Shown here piece by piece: positions 1-10,691 of a stretch of 64,000 bases of DNA. Position numbers and translations under genes: made by a program. The number at the start of each line of letters is the position of its first letter. Position 1 is the stretch's first letter. The stretch comes from Candidatus Latescibacterota bacterium (GTDB taxonomy: Bacteria > Latescibacterota > UBA2968). The notes beneath the pieces are model-generated. The model was not told the DNA's origin and did no database searches. It saw only the letters and a program-made list of their open reading frames with translations. The stretch is taken from positions 6,912,001 to 6,976,000 of the forward strand of contig OZ240241.1 in assembly GCA_965198115.1 (NCBI GenBank). Reading direction: 5' to 3'.

Positions 1-1160
1 ACGTCGAGGAGAAGTACGTCGGTCACGTCGCCGGCGAGCACACCGGCTTGAATCGCGGCACCGATGGCGACGACTTCGTCGGGGTTCACGCCGCGATGCG
101 GCTCTCTTCCGAAGAGGGTTTGGACCAGGTCCTGAACCTTCGGGATGCGAGTGGATCCACCGACGAGGATGACTTCGTCGATATCCGAGGGCGAAAGCCC
201 CGCGTCCCTAATCGCCTGTTCACACGGTCCTTTGGTCCGTTCGATCAGACCGTCGACGAGCTGCTCGAACTTGGCGCGCGTCAAAGACAGGTTCATGTGC
301 TTCGGACCCGATGCGTCGGCTGTGATGAACGGGAGGTTGATTTCGGTCTGCATCGAGGAAGAGAGCTCACACTTGGCTTTTTCGGCCGCTTCTTTGAGCC
401 GCTGAAGCGCCATCGGATCCTGACGAAGGTCGATCCCGTTCTGCGACTGGAACTCGTCGGCCAACCAATCGATGACGGCCTGGTCGAGGTCGTCACCACC
501 GAGGTGCGTGTCGCCGTTCGTCGACTTGACTTCGAACACACCGTCGCCCAGTTCGAGGATGGAGATATCGAACGTTCCGCCACCGAGGTCGTAGACGGCG
601 ATTTTCTCGTCTGATTTCTTGTCCAGACCGTAGGCCAGCGCAGCAGCCGTGGGCTCGTTGACGATGCGCTCGACCTCGAGACCGGCGATCTTGCCGGCGT
701 CCTTGGTTGCCTGCCGCTGGGCATCGTTGAAGTAAGCTGGTACCGTGACGACGGCCTTGTCGATCTTCTCGCCCAGGTAGTCTTCGGCGGTCTGCTTCAT
801 TTTTTGAAGGACCATCGCCGAAATTTCGGGTGGTGTGTAGGATTTGTCGGCAAGCTTGACAGAAGCGAGGTTCCCGGTTCCGGTTTCGACGGTGTAGGGG
901 ACCTCTCTGATCTCGGATCCGACTTCGTCGTGGCGGCGGCCCATGAATCGCTTGATAGAGAAGACCGTGTTCTGCGGGTTCGTTACGGCCTGTCGTTTTG
1001 CCACCTGACCGACGAGCCGCTCACCGTCGCCCGCGAAAGCGACGACGGATGGTGTCGTCCGATCTCCTTCGCTATTTGGAATCACGACAGGATCGCCTCC
1101 CTCCATAACGGCGACGCACGAGTTTGTCGTGCCGAGGTCGATCCCGATCACTTTCGCCAT
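1..1160 (-). CDS. dnaK: Molecular chaperone DnaK (5' part; runs off the window edge)
   Basis: Minus strand from ATG 1160 reads [42 protein letters not shown] and later [19 protein letters not shown] and [10 protein letters not shown], the Hsp70 signatures. GGAG RBS upstream. Confidence 0.97.
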   Translation of the reverse strand, partial: MAKVIGIDLGTTNSCVAVMEGGDPVVIPNSEGDRTTPSVVAFAGDGERLVGQVAKRQAVTNPQNTVFSIKRFMGRRHDEVGSEIREVPYTVETGTGNLASVKLADKSYTPPEISAMVLQKMKQTAEDYLGEKIDKAVVTVPAYFNDAQRQATKDAGKIAGLEVERIVNEPTAAALAYGLDKKSDEKIAVYDLGGGTFDISILELGDGVFEVKSTNGDTHLGGDDLDQAVIDWLADEFQSQNGIDLRQDPMALQRLKEAAEKAKCELSSSMQTEINLPFITADASGPKHMNLSLTRAKFEQLVDGLIERTKGPCEQAIRDAGLSPSDIDEVILVGGSTRIPKVQDLVQTLFGREPHRGVNPDEVVAIGAAIQAGVLAGDVTDVLLLD

Positions 1161-1259
1161 TTTCCACTCCCTTCGGTAAGTCGAAGCCGTGGCCTGTCGC
1201 TCAGGCGGCCTCTTTTTTCTTTTGGGTGTCGAACTCGACTGTCCGACTCCGCTGAAAGA

Positions 1260-1275
1260 AGCAAGCGATACGCCA
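1260..1275 (-). promoter_or_regulatory. sigma54 (-24/-12) promoter upstream of dnaK
   Basis: Minus strand TGGCGTATCGCTTGCT with GG-N10-GC spacing. An AT-rich tract (1276-1330) lies upstream, then two related boxes at 1354-1367 and 1374-1387. Confidence 0.65.
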
Positions 1276-1401
1276 TAAAAATAAAATCGTATAAGCCATT
1301 TATAGTTAGATAGTTGAGAATATATTCCGATTGCAACGCTATACCGGGATCGATGCCATAATGGCACCTAGGGTGCCTATATGACACTATTTTGTTCATA
1401 G

Positions 1402-1438
1402 AAACAGCGAGGTCCCTGACAGATGGTCCTCGCTGTTT
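1402..1438 (-). terminator. Hairpin terminator downstream of sucC
   Basis: Inverted repeat aaacagcgagg ... cctcgctgttt just after the sucC stop. Confidence 0.6.
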
Positions 1439-1456
1439 ATTCAAAGGACGGAGGGA

Positions 1457-2620
1457 TCAGGCAGCCTTGACGGCTTGGACAACCGCTTCGGCGGCCTCCT
1501 TGAGTTCCATCGCGACGGTGAATTCGAGGCCGGATTCCTTGAGAATGGTTGCGCCCTCTTCCGCGTTGGTGCCCTGGAGCCTGATGACGATCGGGACACT
1601 CACTTGGAGGTCCCCTAACGCTTCGACTACGCCCTGCGCCACTCGATCGCAACGGACGATTCCGCCGAAGATGTTGATGAGCACCGCCTTGACGTCGTCG
1701 TCGGAGATGAGAATTCGAAAGGCGCTTCGCACACGCTCGACGTTCGTTCCCCCGCCGACATCCAGAAAGTTGGCCGGTGAGGACCCGGCGTATTGGATAA
1801 TGTCCATCGTGGCCATCGCAAGGCCCGCGCCATTGACCATACAGCCGACTTCGCCGTCGAGCTTGATGTAGTTGAGTTCATACTTCGAGGCTTCGACCTC
1901 GAGAGCATCCTCCTCGTCGAGGTCACGAAGTTCCTCAAGGTTCTTGTGCAGGTAGAGGGCATTGTCGTCGATGTTGATCTTGGCGTCGAGTGCGATGAGG
2001 TGATTGTCTCCAGTGACGACGAGGGGGTTGATCTCGAAGAGGCTGCTGTCGGTCGCCTCGAAAGCCTTGGCGAGAGCGAGGATGAGACGTCCGCCGTCCC
2101 TGAGGGCGTCTCCCTCGAGCCCAAGACCGAAGGCGAGACGACGAGCCTGGAAAGACTGCATCCCGACGGCCGGATCGATCGTTTCTTTGAGGATCTTTTC
2201 GGGCGTTTCCGCTGCAACCTGTTCAATGTCCATTCCGCCGGCTTGAGAAGCCATCACGACGAGCTTCGAAGTGGCGCGGTCGAGGACGATGCCCAGATAC
2301 AGTTCACGATCGATGTCGGTCGCTTCCTCGATCAGGACCTGTTTGACCTTCTGGCCTTCGGGTCCCGTCTGGTGTGTCACGAGTTGCATACCGAGGATGT
2401 CGTTGGCGTGCTGCTCGGCTTCGGCGGAATCATCGGCCAGCTTGACGCCCCCACCTTTCCCGCGACCACCCGCGTGGATCTGGGCTTTGACGACGACCTT
2501 GCCGCCGAGCTCGTCTGCTGCGGATCGGGCATCCGAAGCTGCCGTGACGACCTTGCCAGTCGGGACAGGCACGCCGAATGATTTAAGGACCTCTTTGGCC
2601 TGGAATTCGTGAATTTTCAT
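1457..2620 (-). CDS. sucC: Succinyl-CoA synthetase beta subunit
   Basis: MKIHEFQAKEVL, KAQIHAGGRGKGGGV, GCMVNGAGLAMATMD, NIFGGIVRCD. Confidence 0.97.
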   Translation of the reverse strand: MKIHEFQAKEVLKSFGVPVPTGKVVTAASDARSAADELGGKVVVKAQIHAGGRGKGGGVKLADDSAEAEQHANDILGMQLVTHQTGPEGQKVKQVLIEEATDIDRELYLGIVLDRATSKLVVMASQAGGMDIEQVAAETPEKILKETIDPAVGMQSFQARRLAFGLGLEGDALRDGGRLILALAKAFEATDSSLFEINPLVVTGDNHLIALDAKINIDDNALYLHKNLEELRDLDEEDALEVEASKYELNYIKLDGEVGCMVNGAGLAMATMDIIQYAGSSPANFLDVGGGTNVERVRSAFRILISDDDVKAVLINIFGGIVRCDRVAQGVVEALGDLQVSVPIVIRLQGTNAEEGATILKESGLEFTVAMELKEAAEAVVQAVKAA

Positions 2621-2710
2621 CGATTTTTCCTCGCGCAGACAGGGGAACCGGGCACACCGATCAGAACGACAACCGGAAGATAGGGGTGGCCAGTGGGATG
2701 GCCAAATGCT

Positions 2711-4270
2711 TCAGGTGCGGAGGTCCTTCCCAGTCATTTCACCAGGTTGATCGATACCCATCATGCCGAGGAGGGTCGGGGCGACGTCGCAGAGCGAGGC
2801 GCCGACGCGCAGAGATTCATCGAAATCGGGATCGACAAGGACGAAGGGGACTTCGTTGGTCGTGTGGGCGGTGTGTGGGTCGCCCGTTTCGTAGTGGATC
2901 ATCTGTTCGGCGTTGCCGTGATCGGCGGTGACGATGGCCCGACCGCCGACGTCGTGGATCGCTTCGAGCACTCGGGCCAGGCACGCGTCGACCGTGGATA
3001 CGGCGGTGATAGCGGCGTCGAGGACACCCGTGTGGCCGACCATATCGGGGTTCGCGAAGTTGCAGATGGCGGTGTCGTGGTCGCCGTTCTTGATGGCCGC
3101 GATGAGACGATCGGCGACTTCGGGCGCGCTCATCTCGGGTTTGTGGTCATAGGTCGGTACGTCTTTGGGGGACGGGACGAGGATTCGGTCTTCGCCGGCG
3201 AAAGGTTCTTCGCGCTGCCCGTTGAAAAAGAAGGTGACGTGGGCGTATTTTTCGGTTTCCGCGATGCGAAGCTGCCGCTTACCTATCCTGCTGATCTTTT
3301 CGCCTAAGATCATCGGCATCTCCTGGGAGAGGACGTCGGGGGGATAGGCGATGCCGTCAACCGGGACGTCCTGCTCATACCGTGTCAGGGTCGCGTAGTG
3401 GACGTCGGGCCGCTTGCGGCGGTCGAACCCGTCAAAGTCGGCGAGGGTGAATGCGCGCGTGAGCTGACGCGGTCGATCGCCCCTGAAATTGAAGAAGATG
3501 ACCGAATCGCCGTCGTCGATCGTGGCGACAGGGTGACCCGCGTCGTCGACGATGGCGATCGGGTCGACGAATTCGTCGGTGACGCTTCGGCGGTAGGAGG
3601 CTTCGATGGCGCCGATCGGATCGGTGGCCGATTCGCCTTCACCAAGGGTGAGGAGATCGTAAGCCCGCTGCGTTCGCTCCCATCGCCTGTCCCGGTCCAT
3701 CGCATAGTAACGGCCGCATATGCTTGCGACTCTGCCGACTCCGATCTCGTGGGTCGATTCGATGAGTTCACGAACACGGACGCTACCGCTGGTTGGTGGC
3801 GTGTCACGCCCGTCGAGTAAAGCGTGAAAGAAGACGGCCTCCTTGTCGAGACCCCGCTGGGCGGCCATTTGCAGGAGACCTAAATAGTGCGTCGGCCACG
3901 AGTGCACGCCGCCGTTGGAGACGAGGCCGATGAGGTGGAGCCTTTGACCGGTTTTGACGCGATCGATGGCGGCTGCGAGGGCGTCGTTGGTGAGGAAGCT
4001 GCCGTCGTCGATGCGCTCTTCGATGTAAGCCATTGCCTGGGTGACCACGCGTCCCGCCCCGAGGTTCAGGTGTCCGACCTCGGAATTTCCCATCAGTCCC
4101 CTCGGTAGTCCGACGTGGTGTCCAGAGGTGATGAGGGTCGTCGTGGGATAATCGGATGAGATGCGGTCCATCGTCGGGGTGTCGGCGATGGCGACGGCAT
4201 TGTGGTCGGGGTTCGGATTGAGACCCCAGCCATCGAGGATGATGAGAGCGGTGAGGGGACGTTTGGGCAT
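2711..4270 (-). CDS. gpmI: 2,3-bisphosphoglycerate-independent phosphoglycerate mutase
   Basis: LIILDGWG, MGNSEVGHLNLGAGR, GRYYAMDRD, ETEKYAHVTFFFNG, NPDMVGHTG, TADHGNAE. Confidence 0.97.
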   Translation of the reverse strand: MPKRPLTALIILDGWGLNPNPDHNAVAIADTPTMDRISSDYPTTTLITSGHHVGLPRGLMGNSEVGHLNLGAGRVVTQAMAYIEERIDDGSFLTNDALAAAIDRVKTGQRLHLIGLVSNGGVHSWPTHYLGLLQMAAQRGLDKEAVFFHALLDGRDTPPTSGSVRVRELIESTHEIGVGRVASICGRYYAMDRDRRWERTQRAYDLLTLGEGESATDPIGAIEASYRRSVTDEFVDPIAIVDDAGHPVATIDDGDSVIFFNFRGDRPRQLTRAFTLADFDGFDRRKRPDVHYATLTRYEQDVPVDGIAYPPDVLSQEMPMILGEKISRIGKRQLRIAETEKYAHVTFFFNGQREEPFAGEDRILVPSPKDVPTYDHKPEMSAPEVADRLIAAIKNGDHDTAICNFANPDMVGHTGVLDAAITAVSTVDACLARVLEAIHDVGGRAIVTADHGNAEQMIHYETGDPHTAHTTNEVPFVLVDPDFDESLRVGASLCDVAPTLLGMMGIDQPGEMTGKDLRT

Positions 4271-4390
4271 ACTGTTTCACTCGGAAGCGCAAAGAACGGC
4301 CCGTGGCCGTATCCAATAGAGGCCAGAAGTCTGAGGTCAGGGAAGTTTCAAAAAATACGGGCTCGACCCTGGCGAGGCGAGGATTTCAAA

Positions 4391-5271
4391 CTACGTGAGG
4401 GCGTCTGCGATCTTTTCGATCTCCCGACTGAGCGAGGCGTGGAATCCTTGAACGATTGGGCGCGCCCAGGTACGGCTCCGACCGACCAGACTGATCGGTC
4501 TCGTCAGCCCGGGTTCTGGGAAGCGGATGAGGTGTCGCTGGTCGATCCCGAGCGACCGCGCGATGCCGAGGGGGACCAGACCGTGGGCCAAGCCCGCCTT
4601 GGCGATCTGTGTGATGCAGGCGAACGACTGCAGGGTTCGCTCGACGACGACGCGAAACTTCCATCGAGAGGCGTGTGCACGCAACCGTCTTTCGAGGTAT
4701 CGCCACGTGGAGGCGTGCGGCTCGATAGTTAGTACCGGCAGGGTTTCCTCGAGTTGGAAGGTCTTGAGTCCGGCGGGGACGATGACCATCGGCTCGTGCA
4801 GGATGATTTCGGATTTGAGTTCGGGGGTTTCGCCAGATTCTCCGGCGCAGAGCGCGAGCATATATTCTCCCGACCGAACGTGGTCGAGTGCGACAGGGCT
4901 GCGGTGTGCGTTCAATCCGATTTCGAGGTCGGGCACGTTGCGTTGGACCTGGTAGAGAACACGCGCACCCCAGGAGGCCAGGATCGATTCGGAGACGCCG
5001 ATGACGAGTCGTTCGCCGGTCGTCGGCCCACCCTGGTCGAGCGCGTCCTTGAGGGCGGCCATGAATGGGGAGGTTTTGTCGAGCAGGTTCTCGCCGGCGG
5101 GGGTCAGACGAACGCCGCGACCGGCCGGCTCCACGAGTCGGAGATTAAGCCCCCTTCCAAAGCCGCAATGCGCTTGCTGACCGCAGATTGGGTGATGCGG
5201 AGTCGTGTGGCTGCGCTGGTCATCGTGCCGAGGTCGGCGAGCGCGGCGAGCGCTTCCAGGTTGGCGATCAC
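4391..5271 (-). CDS. LysR-family transcriptional regulator (frameshift at the C5 run 5150-5154)
   Basis: GTG 5271 frame gives a LysR HTH: MIANLEALAALADLGTMTSAATRLRITQSAVSKRIAALEG. One extra G joins it to LNLRLVEPAGRGVRLTPAG and the substrate-binding domain. Confidence 0.85.
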
Positions 5272-5440
5272 GGGGCTGTCCTTTCATTCTACTTTGGAAT
5301 ATGCATTAGTCGAATCATTCGCTTTTATAATGGATTAATATGGCTACATTGACACGCAAGAGAAAGTGAATTAACAATAAGGGCGTGCGGCGATCCGGTC
5401 GCCGGTCATACGCGGGGGCGATACCTGAGAGGATGACGAG

Positions 5441-8122
5441 ATGAGCGAAATCAAAAACACATTCGGCGCGGAAGCGACGCTGGACACGCAGGGCGGGTCG
5501 GTCAGGATCTACCGGCTCGATGTGTTCGATTCGATCGATTCTCTGCCCTACAGTATCAAGGTGTTGGCTGAAGCGGGGCTTCGGAACCTCGATGACTATC
5601 AGGTGACGGCTGCCGATGTCGAACGGATTGCGAATTGGGATCCGTCAGATCCGACGCAGGAAGAGATTCCGTTCAAGCCCGCCCGCGTCGTGCTTCAGGA
5701 TTTCACGGGTGTGCCGTCCCTCGTCGATTTGGCGGCGTTGCGGTCGGCGATGGATCGATTGGGGGGCGACCCCCGTAAGATCGAGCCGCTGATTCCGTCG
5801 GACCTGGTGGTGGATCATTCGGTGCAGGTCGATCGTTTTGCCTCGCCGGATGCCCTGCAACAGAACGCGGAGATCGAATTCGAGCGAAACAACGAGCGTT
5901 ACGAGTTTTTGCGATGGGGGTCGAACGCGTTCGAGAGTTTCCGCGTTGTTCCCCCGGCGACGGGTATCGTGCATCAGGTGAATCTCGAATACCTGGCGAA
6001 GGGCGTGATGAAGCGTGACGGCATCGCGTTTCCCGACAGTCTTGTCGGTACCGATTCACACACGACGATGATCAACGGGTTGGGCGTCCTCGGATGGGGA
6101 GTCGGTGGCATCGAGGCCGAGGCGGTGATGCTGGGGCAGCCGATCTATATGCTGGCCCCCGAGGTGATCGGGTTCAAGCTGCAGGGCGAACTGCCAGAGG
6201 GCGCGACAGCGACCGATCTGGCCCTGATGGTGGTTCAGATGCTGCGTGAAAAGGGTGTCGTTGGAAAATTCGTGGAGTTCTATGGATCGGGGTTGTCGGC
6301 AATGTCTCTGGCAGATCGAGCGACGATCGCGAATATGGCGCCCGAGTACGGCGCGACGATGGGTTTCTTCCCGACAGACGACGAAACGCTTCGCTATCTC
6401 GAGCGAACGAGTCGGTCACCTGAAGAAATTGATCTGGTCGAGCGATACACGAAAGAGCAAGGTCTGTTCCGGACGGACGACATCCCGGAACCAGGGTTCA
6501 CGGACACGCTCGAGTTGGATCTGAGTCACGTCGAGCCGAGTCTGGCAGGCCCCAAACGTCCACAGGATCGCATTCCGTTGAGCGATATGCGTGGGGGCTT
6601 CGAGGATGCGCTGGAGGCGCCCGTCGGGAACAGCGGTTTCGGTCTCAACGCCGCGGAGCGAACCCGATCCGTCGACGTCTCGCTCGATGGTAACGAGGCG
6701 GCGATCGGACACGGTGCCGTTGTGATCGCGGCGATCACGAGTTGCACCAACACGAGTAATCCGTCGGTGATGGTCGCGGCTGGCTTGCTGGCGAAGAATG
6801 CGGTTGAGAGAGGCCTTTCTGTGCCAGCCTACGTGAAAACGAGCCTGGCGCCGGGGTCGCGGGTGGTGACGGATTACCTGGATCGCGCGGGGTTGACGGG
6901 CGACCTGGAGGCGCTCGGTTTCCACACGGTGGGTTATGGATGCACGACGTGCATCGGGAACAGCGGTCCCCTCCCCGGGCCGGTCGTCGAGGCGATCGAC
7001 GAGGGCGATCTCGTTGCGGCTTCGGTTCTGTCGGGGAACAGAAACTTCGAAGGACGAGTGAATCCACACGTGAAGGCGAACTATCTGGCGTCGCCTCCGC
7101 TGGTCGTAGCCTATGCGATCGCGGGGCGCGTCGATATGGATCTCGTGAGAGAACCGTTGGGCGAAGGACGGGACGGGCCCGTGTACCTCCGTGATCTCTG
7201 GCCGACACAAGAGCAGATTTCGGAGACGGTGGCGCAAGCACTGCAGCCGGAGATGTTCGCGGGTCGATACGGCAACGTTTTCGACGGGAATGAGATGTGG
7301 AACGCCATCGGGGGTCAGGAGGGCGATCTCTACGGTTGGAATACGTCGAGTACCTACGTGCAAGAGCCGCCGTTCTTCCAGGACCTGTCTGCGGAACCGG
7401 AATCGGTCGCGGACATTTCCGGCGCGCGTGTGCTGGCTATGTTGGGTGATTCGGTGACGACGGATCACATTTCGCCGGCCGGCAGCATCGCCGTCGACAG
7501 CCCTGCGGGTCGTTACCTGATCGATCAAGATGTCGAGCCGAAGGATTTCAACTCCTATGGTTCGCGTCGGGGCAATCACGAGGTCATGATGCGCGGGACC
7601 TTCGCGAACATCCGCATTCGAAACCTGCTTGCCCCCGGGACCGAGGGTGGGGTGACGCGTCATCTGCCGAGCGGCGAAGAGATGAGCATTTACGATGCAG
7701 CTATGCGCTACGTGGATGAAGGCGTTCCCGTGATCGTGATAGCCGGGAAGGAATACGGGACGGGGTCATCGAGGGACTGGGCGGCGAAAGGCCCGGCGTT
7801 ACAGGGTGTACGGGCGGTGATCGCCGAAAGCTTTGAACGGATCCACCGCAGTAACCTGGTCGGAATGGGCGTGCTGCCGCTTCAGTTCAAGGATGGGGAA
7901 AACCCATCGTCCCTCGGGTTGGATGGGACAGAGACTTTCGAAATTTCGGGCATCGCAGGCGATGCGTTGCATCCTCTCCAAGACGCGACCGTGGTAGCGC
8001 GCGGCAAAAGCGGCGACACGACGTTCACGGCAACCGTGCGGATCGACACACCTGTGGAGGTGGATTATTACCGTAACGGCGGGATCCTTCACACGGTGCT
8101 GAGGAATTTTTTGAAGAGTTAG
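5441..8122 (+). CDS. acnA: Aconitate hydratase A
   Basis: [53 protein letters not shown]; 893 aa. Confidence 0.97.
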   Translation: MSEIKNTFGAEATLDTQGGSVRIYRLDVFDSIDSLPYSIKVLAEAGLRNLDDYQVTAADVERIANWDPSDPTQEEIPFKPARVVLQDFTGVPSLVDLAALRSAMDRLGGDPRKIEPLIPSDLVVDHSVQVDRFASPDALQQNAEIEFERNNERYEFLRWGSNAFESFRVVPPATGIVHQVNLEYLAKGVMKRDGIAFPDSLVGTDSHTTMINGLGVLGWGVGGIEAEAVMLGQPIYMLAPEVIGFKLQGELPEGATATDLALMVVQMLREKGVVGKFVEFYGSGLSAMSLADRATIANMAPEYGATMGFFPTDDETLRYLERTSRSPEEIDLVERYTKEQGLFRTDDIPEPGFTDTLELDLSHVEPSLAGPKRPQDRIPLSDMRGGFEDALEAPVGNSGFGLNAAERTRSVDVSLDGNEAAIGHGAVVIAAITSCTNTSNPSVMVAAGLLAKNAVERGLSVPAYVKTSLAPGSRVVTDYLDRAGLTGDLEALGFHTVGYGCTTCIGNSGPLPGPVVEAIDEGDLVAASVLSGNRNFEGRVNPHVKANYLASPPLVVAYAIAGRVDMDLVREPLGEGRDGPVYLRDLWPTQEQISETVAQALQPEMFAGRYGNVFDGNEMWNAIGGQEGDLYGWNTSSTYVQEPPFFQDLSAEPESVADISGARVLAMLGDSVTTDHISPAGSIAVDSPAGRYLIDQDVEPKDFNSYGSRRGNHEVMMRGTFANIRIRNLLAPGTEGGVTRHLPSGEEMSIYDAAMRYVDEGVPVIVIAGKEYGTGSSRDWAAKGPALQGVRAVIAESFERIHRSNLVGMGVLPLQFKDGENPSSLGLDGTETFEISGIAGDALHPLQDATVVARGKSGDTTFTATVRIDTPVEVDYYRNGGILHTVLRNFLKS

Positions 8123-8133
8123 GCGTGGTGGAC

Positions 8134-8182
8134 CAAACAGAAGGAGCCCTCTCCGAATGATTGAGAGGGCTCCTTCTGTTTT
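8134..8182. terminator. Bidirectional rho-independent terminator after acnA
   Basis: aaacagaaggagccctctc-loop-gagagggctccttctgtttt. Confidence 0.8.
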
Positions 8183-8195
8183 AAGCCCAAATCAA

Positions 8196-8308
8196 CACTC
8201 GGAACTCGTTATTCGGCACTCGGAACTGGGGTTTTCCAAGAAAGTGGCCCCGGGGCCACTTTTAAGAGATAGAAACGAGTGCCGAATTCGGAGTACTGAG
8301 TTTTGAGT
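8196..8308. repeat. Nested inverted-repeat element
   Basis: Perfect 22-bp palindrome aaagtggccccggggccacttt (8241-8262) inside 12-bp arms attcggcactcg (8211-8222) and cgagtgccgaat (8276-8287). Direct repeat cactcggaact at 8196 and 8217. Confidence 0.65.
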
Positions 8309-8355
8309 TTCGAGGGGCCAATTGCTGGGCTGGATGGTACGACCACGTTGCCCTG

Positions 8356-8378
8356 GGGCGGATGCAATCCGCCCTTAC
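8356..8378 (-). repeat. REP-like palindrome
   Basis: Minus strand GTAA-GGGCGGAT-TGC-ATCCGCCC, resembling GTAG-type REP elements. Confidence 0.45.
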
Positions 8379-8407
8379 GGCAATTGGACTCGCGCGAGGG
8401 CTTCGCC

Positions 8408-9790
8408 CTATTTCTTTTTGGCGAAGGATTTCGCGTTGATGTCGTACTTCTTCAACTTCTGGTGGAAATTCTGCCAGGCGATGCCAGCCATCTTGGAGGC
8501 GTGGGTGATGTTGCCCCCGGTCTTGGTGAGAACCTCTTTGATGTAGATCTGTTCGAACGATTCACGTGCCTCTTGAAGGGAGAGATGGGAATAGCTCGCG
8601 GCTTCTTCGATGAGCGTGGCTTTCCCCTCCTGGAGCGCGGTTGGCAGATCCATAAGGTCGATTACGTCTTCCTGGCAGAGGGCGACAGCCCGCTCGATGA
8701 CGTTTTCGAGTTCACGCACGTTGCCTGGCCAATCGTGGCGGATCAGGCTGTTCATCGCCTGTTCCGTGATCGCCCTCGCTTCACAGTCCTGCGGCCGATG
8801 CTTTTCGAGAAAGTGGTGGACGAGCAGGGGAATGTCATCGCGACGCTCCCGCAGCGCCGGGAGATGGAGCTGGATGACGTTCAGCCGGTAGAAGAGGTCT
8901 TCGCGAAATCTCCCTTTCTCGACTTGCTCCTCCAGATTCCGGTTGGTCGCGGCGACGAGGCGGACATCGGTTTTGATTGGCGTCGTCGACCCGACGCGGA
9001 TGAACTCCTTCTCCTGAAGGACGCGTAGGAGACGCACCTGCGCAGCCAGACTCATCTCGCCGACCTCGTCCAGAAACAGCGTGCCACCGTTCGCCGCTTC
9101 GAAGTAGCCGATCTTCTGTGCGGTTGCTCCCGTGAACGAGCCCTTTTCGTGACCGAACAGCTCGCTCTCGAGCAGCTCCTCCGGAATCGACGCGCAGTGG
9201 AGCGCGAAGAATCGACTTTCCTTACGCGGGCAGTTGAGGTGTACGGCACTGGCGATCAGTTCCTTCCCGGTCCCCGTTTCTCCCGTGATCAGCACGGTGC
9301 TGTCGGTCGGGGCGATCCGTTTGACGAGGTCGAACACTTCGGCCATTGCCGTGCTCTTGCCGATGACACCTTCGAAGTCCCCTCCCACGAGGACCTGAAT
9401 ATGATGCAGTTGCTTTTCGACAGCCCTGTGTTCGACGGCTTTCTGAATCCGAAGGTCGACCGCTTCGGGGGTAGATGGTTTTTCGAGATAGTCGTAGGCA
9501 CCGAGACGACCGGCCTCGACGGCGCTTTCGATGCCGCCTTGCCCGGTGAGCATAATGACGATCTGGTCGGGTCGAACTTTTCTTATCTGCTGGAGGGTTT
9601 CGATGCCGTCCATTCCCGGCATCCGAATGTCGAGCAGGACGACGTCGAACGATCGGTCCTCGATCTCAGTCAAGGCCTGCTTTCCGCCCGCGGCGATCGT
9701 GACGCCGTAGTCTTTGAGCTCTAGCCCGATCTTGAAGCTTTCGAGCAGGTTGGGTTCATCATCGACGATGAGGATGTTCTGTTTTGACAC
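8408..9790 (-). CDS. NtrC-family sigma54-dependent response regulator
   Basis: Receiver ILIVDDE and LLDIRMPG; AAA+ [30 protein letters not shown]; C-terminal Fis-type HTH. GTG start at 9790 with GAGG RBS. Confidence 0.92.
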   Translation of the reverse strand: MSKQNILIVDDEPNLLESFKIGLELKDYGVTIAAGGKQALTEIEDRSFDVVLLDIRMPGMDGIETLQQIRKVRPDQIVIMLTGQGGIESAVEAGRLGAYDYLEKPSTPEAVDLRIQKAVEHRAVEKQLHHIQVLVGGDFEGVIGKSTAMAEVFDLVKRIAPTDSTVLITGETGTGKELIASAVHLNCPRKESRFFALHCASIPEELLESELFGHEKGSFTGATAQKIGYFEAANGGTLFLDEVGEMSLAAQVRLLRVLQEKEFIRVGSTTPIKTDVRLVAATNRNLEEQVEKGRFREDLFYRLNVIQLHLPALRERRDDIPLLVHHFLEKHRPQDCEARAITEQAMNSLIRHDWPGNVRELENVIERAVALCQEDVIDLMDLPTALQEGKATLIEEAASYSHLSLQEARESFEQIYIKEVLTKTGGNITHASKMAGIAWQNFHQKLKKYDINAKSFAKKK

Positions 9791-9797
9791 GATGACC

Positions 9798-10691
9798 TCA
9801 GCCTGTGGGAGGATCAGCTCGGTCCAGGGCTCGCTTTTTGAACGCGAGCAGCGTGATGACGATAAAGATGACGAACCAGCACACGCCAAGCCACGTTATT
9901 CGAGTGGCGCGCGCGCGTCTGGTTCGGGCGATTTCCTCGACTGCGCGTTCAACCGTTTGAACCGCCTTCTGTGCCGTCGCTTCAATCGCCTCTCCGTCGA
10001 GCCCGTGCCAGACGAGCCGGGCCTGGATATATGTAGCGTGACCGGTTTGGACGAGGCCTTCGGCCCTTCTGACGTCGAGTCCGGCGCTTCGAGCCTGCTC
10101 AACAGACTGACGCGCGTTGATCAGTCCAGCTCTGACGATTTCGAATCGATCGCCGACGGACTGACCGAACACGAACTCGGCAGACGCCTCGTCGTGGCAC
10201 GTCCGACACGCGGGTTCGACAACGGTCACGGTTGGGTGCAGGACGGCGTGGTTGCTGTGGCACGAGGCACAGGCGAGGTCGCCGCTCTTTTCGAAGGCGG
10301 CGTGGTGCGGACCGGTGACAAAGTGCTCCATCGGGCCGATGTGGCACTCACCGCAGACGAGGGATCGGTACGTCTTGCTGGCCGCCTCGTTGACGGGCGC
10401 GATGCCGTGAATGCCGTGGCAGTCGATGCAGACCGCCTCGGCTTTGCCCGACGCCCAGTGGACGCTTTTCCCATAATCGGTTTCTACTTTCGGGTGACAC
10501 TCTCCGCAGACGGCGGGGATCGCGTTGCGAGCGATCGCGGCCTTCGTCGTGTCGGTATGACAGTCGACGCATTCAAAATAGCCGTGCACGCCGTCGTAGA
10601 AGGCCTGTTCCGTTTCGCGAGGCAGGGGATCCAGGGCCGCCGCGGGTGCGGGCACCAGCGCTAGGCTGGCAACGAGGAACCACGTGTTCAT
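9798..10691 (-). CDS. Membrane-anchored hexaheme cytochrome c
   Basis: Signal peptide [19 protein letters not shown]; six CxxCH motifs (CVDCH, CGECH, CIDCH, CGECH, CASCH, CRTCH); C-terminal TM helix. ATGA overlap with the cytochrome b stop. Confidence 0.88.
   Translation of the reverse strand: MNTWFLVASLALVPAPAAALDPLPRETEQAFYDGVHGYFECVDCHTDTTKAAIARNAIPAVCGECHPKVETDYGKSVHWASGKAEAVCIDCHGIHGIAPVNEAASKTYRSLVCGECHIGPMEHFVTGPHHAAFEKSGDLACASCHSNHAVLHPTVTVVEPACRTCHDEASAEFVFGQSVGDRFEIVRAGLINARQSVEQARSAGLDVRRAEGLVQTGHATYIQARLVWHGLDGEAIEATAQKAVQTVERAVEEIARTRRARATRITWLGVCWFVIFIVITLLAFKKRALDRADPPTG

Noticed and set aside
1361-1380. CIRCE element upstream of dnaK
   Set aside because: The ggcacctagggtgcc dyad lacks the TTAGCACTC-N9-GAGTGCTAA sequence and spacing.
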